Assembly: GCA_905331295.1 (NCBI GenBank)
Contig: CAJNYD010000004.1
Location: 1 to 56,658, forward strand
Direction of reading: 5' to 3'
Length of the DNA: 56,658 bases
Source: Rotaria socialis
Taxonomy: Eukaryota
The notes under the pieces were generated by a model. That model was not told the origin of the DNA and searched no databases. It saw only the letters and a program-made list of their open reading frames with translations. Numbering within the stretch: the stretch's first letter is position 1; each line of letters begins with the position of its first letter. This document shows positions 53,041 through 56,658 of this stretch, piece by piece. Both the position numbers and the translations under genes were made by a program.

Positions 53041-56000
53041 TCACACATTAGTCAAGCGAAAACAGATAGGTCGATTGTGGGTGTAAACATTGATTCCATT
53101 ATGGTTTGTTATCTTTTTGTTATTATTATCATTATTTGCCTTAGTCTTAATTAGGCCACCTCCGCTGCCAATATTTATTGTATTAGTTGAACTTTGTCGA
53201 AAATTATTCTTCACCGATGATCGATTACTGTTTAGTGTCATTAGCGAATTTTGTACCAGTCCGGATGGTTTAAATTGCATCATGATTGAAGATGCCGATT
53301 TCATTCTTGGAATTGGTTTACAACAACAACAACAACGAGATAAAAATAGTTCACGAAATTTGATACGAAACTTATCTAAGGGAGAGAAAACAGATACATA
53401 AAGAAATTCGATCTAAGATTGTTACCACTCATAATATTATAAATAATTGGATTGATTGATGAATTGAAATAAGGAAGAAAATGAGATATTAATGCACTAA
53501 TCGTGACAATGTTCGCTGCGCCCGTACGTTCAAGATAGAGACGTTTAGGCTCGACACATTGATTATCTCCGTCGGATGTATCATTTGTCTGTGAATTTGT
53601 AATATGTTCGATATAGACAGTGATATATCTAAAACAAATTGATATTTCTACTAGATTTCGTGACTGTAATTATTTGTTTTCCTTTACCTGAATAAATTGA
53701 ATGCATGTACTGGAATATAACAAATACCAAAAATAATTACAACGGATATTAACATTTTAGCTGCTTTTTGTCGATTTTCTTGTACAACTAAATTAGCTGA
53801 CTTAGTTGAATTTCTTAAGCTGCTGCGATTAGATTCATCTGAAAAGGATAGAGATCAATCGAAGAATTTTTTATTATTGCAAATTTCTATTCGTTAATAT
53901 GATCTACCTGAAAATATGAGTTGATTTGCATGAATTCTACATTTGTCATCGTTCAATATCCGTTCACTTGGCAACGAACTCCAAAGTACACGTGCAATAC
54001 CAGTATATGCATATACCATAAAACAAAGCGGAATGACAAATAAACAAAGTGATATATGTAATTGATAAAGAAGATCCGTTAATGGATGTGAATCCCATTC
54101 ACAACTAAAATAATATTATTTGCTTGATAAAAAACGAATTAAACAAATAGATATTACTATATCAAATATTGTATATGTAGCTGATCTGCAAATTGTCGAT
54201 TAAGTGTCATCATAAAAGCATCTAAATATACATTTTAAGAAATAGTTATTTGTTAATTTTTGTGTACTTGAAATATGATATGCCTGGGATTCAATCTATA
54301 TTTGTATGTTATTAATTATAGACACAGATAGAGAAAAGAAAAGCAAAAAGGATGCATTTCATGAAAAGCATATAACAATTAAGATAAAAGTCTTTCTATT
54401 AGTCTTGAAAACAAAAGTCATAAAAACTTTGAATTTATCCTGAAACAAAAAAACAAAATCATTATCTAACCTGGAAGAACAAGTAGTAATGAAAGTATCC
54501 AAACAGAGAGAATTAAAATTCGTGCACGATGTTTTGTTCCAGTAAATTTCAATGGATGAACAATAGCTTGATAACGCTCAATTGAAATAGCCATTAATGT
54601 CAATACAGATACAGATATCGACATGTTCTAAAATTAAAAAAATGCTTCACTACTTTTCTTTCCAATAGTAACAAAATTTTATGACTCAAAAAGCGTATGA
54701 GCTATAAAACAATGAAAATTTTATTTTCTTCTCTTCATTATATGTGAGACATGTTATCTCTATTATTCATCCTTATTATTCAACATATTTCAGCTCAATC
54801 ACATTTAACATCTAATCAAACACGTTTCGAAGTTGAACTATTAAATAGACTTGAATTTGAACACGAAGCTAAAGTAGTTGGTCATGGTGGACATTATCAT
54901 TTTACAATATTCAATACAAGTTACGCTAGAAATGTATTAAATATCAGTTCGTATTATCTATCGATAACTTATATCGATAAACAATCACGTGAAGAACGAC
55001 TTGATACGGTTGAGTTGCCTCCAGAGGAAGTTCACTATAAGGGCACACTAAAAATGGAACATTTAGAAGCCGAAGGCAACTATTTAATATGTGTATTATT
55101 TCTTAAAAATAATCGATCAGGTTTAATTGGTTCAAGTCGTTTTTGTCATGTTGTTTCAGTGGCAGACACATGCCAATTGGACGAATTAAAAGTATCATTT
55201 GATAATCAACCTGTTTATCTTCTAATTATTTTAGTTGTTGTTATATTAGCTGCTATTGTTATATTTTCATTTGTACGTGCTTATATATATCGACCACGTA
55301 CCATTGAAGATTATTTAAGTAAACTACCTGATGTTCACAAAGAAAATTTACAAGATCTTGCCGGTCCGCGTATTATTTCACGATTAAGACATGTAAATCC
55401 AGCATTGGATCAACTTTTGCAAACTGGCTCAATTTGTACGATTACTTCTGACGATGAAAATCAACCATCAAATCAACATGTCTATGCAAATGCATCATTA
55501 GATACTATAGCCGAATGACGAGCGAACTACATTACGCATATTTTTTAAAATAAATGTTTAACTATAGCATTGTTTTTTATTCTGCGTTTCTAACTCTGGA
55601 ATAATAAATGATAAAGTAAAACAATCGCATACCTGTATATAGTTAACGAATTTACAAAGAAATAAACCAAAAAACCATGTTTTAGTTACATCTTGAACAA
55701 CTGTAGCTGGCAAACAAAATAGAAGTACTAGAAGATCAGCTGCGGCTAAATTCATTATAAACATATTTGTCACCGTTCTAAAAACAATAGATTGTAAAGA
55801 TAAGAGATGATGTATTTTTCTATTATTTTCATTCTTTGATACAACCTCATGCTTCGATTTCGTTGTATAACAATAATTACAAGTATATTACCGATGGTAC
55901 CCACAATGAAAACAATCACATAGATTACAATAAATACCCATTCATAATAGGTTGGCTTGACATATTTTAGAACTAAATCAAGGACCTTGTCATTCGATAG

Positions 56001-56069
56001 ACAACGTCCAGAACCATCAATGAAGTGGCAACTGTTTGAATTATATGAACATAAGATCGATGAATTCAT
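53041..56069 (-). CDS. Class A neuropeptide GPCR, orexin/allatotropin receptor-like, 8 exons
   Basis: Exons 56069-55846, 55777-55633, 54627-54471, 54221-54158, 54104-53908, 53838-53688, 53628-53426, 53375-53041. YVKPTYYEWV, GN..V, RSMRTVTNMFIMNLAAADLLVLLFCLPAT..DVTKTWFFG, ISIERYQAIVHPL, CYIP, NSSINPIIYNIMSDKFR. Confidence 0.88.
54751..55518 (+). CDS. Type I single-pass membrane protein nested antisense in GPCR intron 2
   Basis: 255-aa intronless ORF wholly inside intron 54628-55632; signal peptide, FN3-like beta-rich ectodomain (LKMEHLEAEGNYLICV), TM helix VYLLIILVVVILAAIVIFSFV, cytoplasmic tail; AATAAA at 55549. Confidence 0.85.
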   Translation: MLSLLFILIIQHISAQSHLTSNQTRFEVELLNRLEFEHEAKVVGHGGHYHFTIFNTSYARNVLNISSYYLSITYIDKQSREERLDTVELPPEEVHYKGTLKMEHLEAEGNYLICVLFLKNNRSGLIGSSRFCHVVSVADTCQLDELKVSFDNQPVYLLIILVVVILAAIVIFSFVRAYIYRPRTIEDYLSKLPDVHKENLQDLAGPRIISRLRHVNPALDQLLQTGSICTITSDDENQPSNQHVYANASLDTIAE

Positions 56070-56658
56070 TGTTAACAAAAAGAATTGAATACTAAAGAAG
56101 AAAGTTTGAGAATCAAACAAAACACCCAACCAATAAGCAATTAAAAAGAAGAAGAAGTAGAAGAAGAAACTAAGAATGAATACACCAAGATAAGTACATG
56201 AAAAATGATGAGTTCTCTTTCACCATACTGTGCAGGCGCACATAACAAGAAAATAGTAAAAGAACAGATAGCTGTTTGATGATTGAACGCATACTGTTAA
56301 CAATTATTCTCATTGATTATGTCAAAGCAAAAGAAGAGAATATATTAGTACGACATGAATATTTTAAAAATCTTAAGAACTATTCAATTTACTGCAAACA
56401 ACACCGCAACTTATTTTTTTTTCTATATGTTTGTAATAAATGAATATATGAATACAATAAAAATATCTGCTAGGATAATAAAACGGATCAAAAGCAATAA
56501 TACAAAATAACAAACTCTTTTTATTTTTGCTCATTCTAATAAAGGGTCCTTTCACCAAGATCCATTCAAAGTTCCCGGATCTGTAGAGGACTTTTCGCTG
56601 ATCATTTTGATAATAAAATTTTCGAAACAAATTCTATTTTCGCGAAGATGAAGGTCAA

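Overview
AT-rich eukaryotic (metazoan) genomic DNA with many short (~50-70 nt) GT-AG introns. Gene content, intron sizes and TGTGGG-type repeats suggest a bdelloid rotifer; this is inference, not proof. I reconstructed the spliced genes by hand. Left block: SCAI, RP2/XRP2, SSNA1 (head-to-head with RP2 across an X-box-containing spacer) and a CDR2-like dynein adaptor. A gene-poor, transposon-relic-rich stretch follows (19-35 kb) with two scaffold joins and a truncated omega-desaturase. An accessory island (36-43.4 kb) holds intron-poor, mostly secreted genes: an FkbM/METTL24-like methyltransferase, a protein of four 10-Cys repeats, a helical secreted protein, an atypical sPLA2-like protein and an unknown protein. 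Right block: SNX17 and SNX27 in tandem, an unusual H3.3 variant, an unannotated neuropeptide-precursor-like gene, and an orexin/allatotropin-type GPCR carrying an antisense nested membrane-protein gene in intron 2. The most notable candidates are the GPCR/prepropeptide/nested-gene module, the operon-like RP2-to-SCAI junction and the secreted-protein island. Homology calls come from recalled motifs; no searches were run.
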